Origin: Fibrobacteria bacterium
GTDB taxonomy: Bacteria > Fibrobacterota > Chitinivibrionia > Chitinivibrionales > FEN-1185
Length of the DNA stretch: 64,000 bases
Direction of reading: 5' to 3'
Assembly (NCBI GenBank): GCA_037447435.1
Contig: JBBIGR010000011.1
Span: 45,002-109,001 of the forward strand
Made by a program: the position numbers and the translations under genes. Shown piece by piece: positions 61,401 to 64,000 of the stretch (position 1 is its first letter; the number at the start of each line of letters is the position of its first letter). The notes beneath the pieces are model-generated. The model worked only from the letters and a program-made list of their open reading frames with translations, had not been told where the DNA came from and made no database searches.

Positions 61401-63367
61401 CGGTTACGTTGGAATACAATGATTTACCAAGAATAATGGCCCTGTCGCTCAGCTTTGTCGCCGATAAACCGTATTGGCTGTCAAAAAAAGCCGCAACATC
61501 TTCGCTCAAATACGTTTTCCCGCCGCACGCGAAGATTTCAATCAAATTTTCCGAGCCGATGGATACGAGTACCGGATCAAAAGCGTTTAAAGCGTACAGC
61601 GTATTCGACGCCAGGGTTTCACCCAATCCGCCGCCGATTGTTTTTACACGAACATGGACCAATAACGACAGTGTCTTGACATTAAGTCCTACCTATACGG
61701 GGCCAAGCCCGTATTTTAACGGTTTCCAACCGCCGCCCAACTTTTTTACTCCCGGCGATTCGGTGCGGATTTTCATTTCGTCAAACTTGACCGATAAAGC
61801 CAAAACTCCTCATGGGCCAAACGGTTTGGATGTGTACGAGAATTCGATACGTGCGGTAAACGCAGACACGATGTTCCCTTTACGGGTAGATAGTATCAAA
61901 TACGACATTGTTTCGGTATATCCGAACAATAAGGACACGGGCATTTCTCCATCTCCTAAGATTCGAATACGATTTTCCAGCCCGCCGCTGCCGGGAACCA
62001 TCGATACGACAAAGCATAATAATCGCTGTCTTATTGTCAGATCGAAGTTTTATAAAAATGCGCAGGTTGATTTCGACTCCGTTAAATTATCCGGAGATTC
62101 CGCCGTTTTCACTCTTGCAAAGCAGTTCTTTTACGGCGATACGGTTTCATGTTATTATCGGGCACAATGGGCGAGAGACAGTTTGGGATATGCGGTAGAT
62201 CTTAATAAAAACGGCATACCGATGGCGATGTTCGATACTACCGCAACCGAAGACGATAAACAATGGGGCTTTATCGTGAAAGACATCCCGTATTCGGGCG
62301 TATCTCCGGCTTTTAACGCGACATCCGTTCTGCCGACGGTACCCATTGTTATCCGGTTTTCCGAGAATATTCCTTTAGCAAGTGTCGATACGGCAAAAAC
62401 AGGTAATCAGCAATTAATCGTAAAATCGGTTTTGAACAAAGGCAAAATGTTCGATTACGACTCGGTACGTTTAAAAAACAGCGCGATCTTTTATTATCCG
62501 CATAAAAAGTTTTATTACGGCGATACTGTTTTTTGTTCGTATCAGGGCCTCATGACAAAAGACAGTTCGAAATTCTCGGTTGCGTTAAACGGAAGCAAGC
62601 TTTTAGGAACAAACGACAAGGCCGATTGGTCTTTTATTGTAAAGGATATAAAGCTTGTCTCTTCGAAACCCGATAGCGCCACGGTATCTACAATAAAGCC
62701 GGTAATGATCCTGACTTTTTCGGATCCGGTTTTTTCGGGCACATTCGATACCGATACTTCGGCAAAAAACCGTAGTTTTCGAATTACCTCATCGTTTATT
62801 CACGACACTTCGTTTTCGTTTCAAACCATAACCTTTTCAAGTGATAGTACTCAAATATCGCTTCGTCCCAAGGCGGTGTTTTTTTCATCGGACAGCATTC
62901 ACTGTTTTTTCAAAGGCTTGCTCAAACAATTCAGATACGATACCAGCGTCAATTTGCCGGCCGACAGCTCATTGGTTTTTGTTAAGCACGATTGGTTCTT
63001 TTATACTGAAAATACGGGCTTCTACACGTATCCTAATCCGTACAAACCGGGTATCGATCCCAGGCATTGTTCAAATGCCGCTACGGATCCCTGCGGAATC
63101 TGGTTTACAAACCTTCATGCCTTGCGCAAGGACGTCAATGAAGTCGTCATAAAGATATTCGGCATGAATGCCAATCCGGTTTTCAACACGAAAACAGCAG
63201 GGGTTTTAATCCACTTTTCCCAAACCGAAAAAGACCAAAAGCCGCAATGGAAATGGGACACCCGAAACCAGCGCGGGGAATTGGTCGCATCCGGCCTTTA
63301 TTTTTACGTTATTACGGACAATAACGGCAAAATCCTGATCAAAGGGAAATTGATGATCGTGAGATAG
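58403..63367 (+). CDS. Large exported beta-rich protein with Ig-like repeats and C-terminal FlgD-Ig/Por-CTD-like domain
   Basis: Signal peptide; repeats with xxFSxxxxxxxxDT (IKFSEPMD, IRFSSP, IRFSEN, LTFSDP); YTYPNP...WDTRN..G..VASGLYFY...KLMIVR. Confidence 0.85.
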   Translation: MRPAFLLFFYMIFLSAAVALGGSYTDNNFRNFSTATNLKNQDSLQLSISNFILAKLETITRPGNTNSRMRAPDVTGSGIGKFSFFWADSIKTNHPFDNIYKRDYVVTATGVDSSAGPVNYCNYAKPQVNYLHVDKGTNGYFLSFITPNTDSLRVFSEPGTIAIARVGGTGGSRWGSQCYWRKDTCLVVFPKVSDQKLLMRRIYLVGNTVTQSAKEDTVYSTADVGNHPISNPSLASDNLGNVLIMWLDGPPNPLPGFTKSLKCMVYNPNRAKSDSASFTTTVDSLGLSNFYDESPVVSYAPNSFGSVCWDSKGILFRSIRLGPPMIVDTVRLEAISTSRYPAITSNGNNIAVVWMTDSANSSYLKIHGIVDTIKPGYVPFTSNQNVTTFSDISLPTGKIPGKGPPAPTSFTLNCAMDSLGSIAATWPLDSLVQIRLWANRGVKTDSGIWISQATRFMTTTTDSSVIYPGSFSFYDQKFQLTNNDSARFYIRVGQDSADESAWSPWTLASDSAALAANTKGINSFFKYKLVLYRGQDTLGTPIVKNCNIKWNAKPQFQQIDSVYINNSKVATPNFGDTVSVFSRSDSVSVFFSLRDADATDTLYTHVNGYNAIIDSLDTLFPATGRFTRIKCLPMVKSDSVYNILFSAWDKKGWSASSKKIVIKTRNARPQLHAFTILDTNHTGKFDTSEIVSSKSFVLPQTDSIRFLFNCQDSNDAAAKAYAAVNLQKTDSGSQGTNKLITFKGSAGRAAGDTVSFTFADPETSLIRSSILRINHFPSILSLQSNGKTLHNRDTVSVGIGSPISVQVSAKDTDVSYWDTLRYRFTIGTHDTTVKTSTFSFVASLADTNMLVRIYDIYNKIDSARIFLKSPWLATDTVANKGYTLAKKILKDSCQIIIGSKNIDSVFIPFLNNGNDTLKITSVKFAGSQAAWLTARLPLRTKDSVFNSLSSGTIDTIAIAPGQLKNIVVFLDASHLTGDGMAGDTIIIGTNDFGHQFDTIPVTLEYNDLPRIMALSLSFVADKPYWLSKKAATSSLKYVFPPHAKISIKFSEPMDTSTGSKAFKAYSVFDARVSPNPPPIVFTRTWTNNDSVLTLSPTYTGPSPYFNGFQPPPNFFTPGDSVRIFISSNLTDKAKTPHGPNGLDVYENSIRAVNADTMFPLRVDSIKYDIVSVYPNNKDTGISPSPKIRIRFSSPPLPGTIDTTKHNNRCLIVRSKFYKNAQVDFDSVKLSGDSAVFTLAKQFFYGDTVSCYYRAQWARDSLGYAVDLNKNGIPMAMFDTTATEDDKQWGFIVKDIPYSGVSPAFNATSVLPTVPIVIRFSENIPLASVDTAKTGNQQLIVKSVLNKGKMFDYDSVRLKNSAIFYYPHKKFYYGDTVFCSYQGLMTKDSSKFSVALNGSKLLGTNDKADWSFIVKDIKLVSSKPDSATVSTIKPVMILTFSDPVFSGTFDTDTSAKNRSFRITSSFIHDTSFSFQTITFSSDSTQISLRPKAVFFSSDSIHCFFKGLLKQFRYDTSVNLPADSSLVFVKHDWFFYTENTGFYTYPNPYKPGIDPRHCSNAATDPCGIWFTNLHALRKDVNEVVIKIFGMNANPVFNTKTAGVLIHFSQTEKDQKPQWKWDTRNQRGELVASGLYFYVITDNNGKILIKGKLMIVR

Positions 63368-63370
63368 GGG

Positions 63371-63508
63371 ATATATCAATACCATCAAGTTTTGAGACAT
63401 TCCTAATAATAAAAATCTATCTTCGTCTTCAGAATGTTCCGGATCAAAATATTCCCTTGCATTTTCATCATAAAAAGCCGTTGAAGCCTCAGAAAAATGC
63501 ACACTATG
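63371..63508 (-). pseudogene. brnT: BrnT family toxin fragment
   Basis: HSVHFSEASTAFYDENAREYFDPEHSEDEDRFLLLGMS resembles the BrnT core; typical N- and C-terminal parts and brnA are absent. Confidence 0.65.
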
Positions 63509-64000
63509 CGATAAGTTCGTTGCGGCATGAAAATAAGGAGCGGCAAACCCATGTGCACTAACTGGCACGGAAGCCGGCATAACCAAGCCAATGCACCTTG
63601 ATTGGGAGGCTGCTCCACTTTTATATATTTTGACAAATTGTTCATCTGCCCCTGCGGAGAATGCGTACCCTAACTGGACCAATGAGTCATTCCATTGGAG
63701 CCGTACTTTTCTCTTGAATGCGACCCGCAGGGAACCGACTAATTTCTGATGACTTGCTTAATGCAAGCCACGGCAGCTGCAAATTATCGCAGGTATGCCT
63801 GATATCCATTATATGTTTGGTACGGATGGCTTTCAGCCAATCTAAGCCATATTCGGAAATGCGAGACGGGGAATAAGTTTGTCAAAGAGCAAGCCAGAAT
63901 TCCTGAGTATGCAGCGGCGGTGCCTTAAAGCGGCAGCGCGTCAATTCATCAGTTTTGGTATTAGGATATATTTTTCTCTTGACACGGGACTTTATCTATA

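Noticed and set aside
63575..63680. attC-like start GCATAAC...AATGCACC
   Set aside because: No matching GTTRRRY core or L-box symmetry found, and no integrase in the window.
63730..63770. Fluoride riboswitch-like AACCG...TGATGAC
   Set aside because: The 5' GGNGATGG-GTTC stem is absent and there is no downstream crcB.

Overview
Bacterial chromosomal window, mostly core genes. The gene content and a Por/FlgD-Ig-like C-terminal domain suggest an FCB-group organism, possibly Fibrobacterota (inference, unverified). It holds fusA2-mtnA-csp; a minus-strand TPR/Zn-finger - DUF4388 - mglA - mglB - polysaccharide deacetylase block; lysA and rpsT; a PHP - UbiA - secreted protein - ferredoxin - geranylgeranyl reductase operon; an HDOD-CheX-hybrid kinase-Hpt-HDOD signalling cluster; tkt, a CPA2 antiporter, dus, queA, ugd, trpB2, carboxy(nor)spermidine genes and pdxB; two sigma54-driven flagellar clusters (flgFGAHI and flgBC-fliEFGHIJ); a 1654-aa Ig-repeat surface protein; and a BrnT remnant. 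No rRNA, tRNA, CRISPR or intact mobile element was seen. Top leads: (1) MglA and MglB both carry long disordered tails ending in the same LY[FY]TSVN-basic-KIFN module; (2) an archaeal-like UbiA/ferredoxin/GGR isoprenoid operon; (3) extreme D-[ST]-aliphatic sequon density in exported proteins; (4) a shared enhancer-IHF-sigma54 architecture at both flagellar operons. All family calls come from motif recognition by eye; no searches were run.
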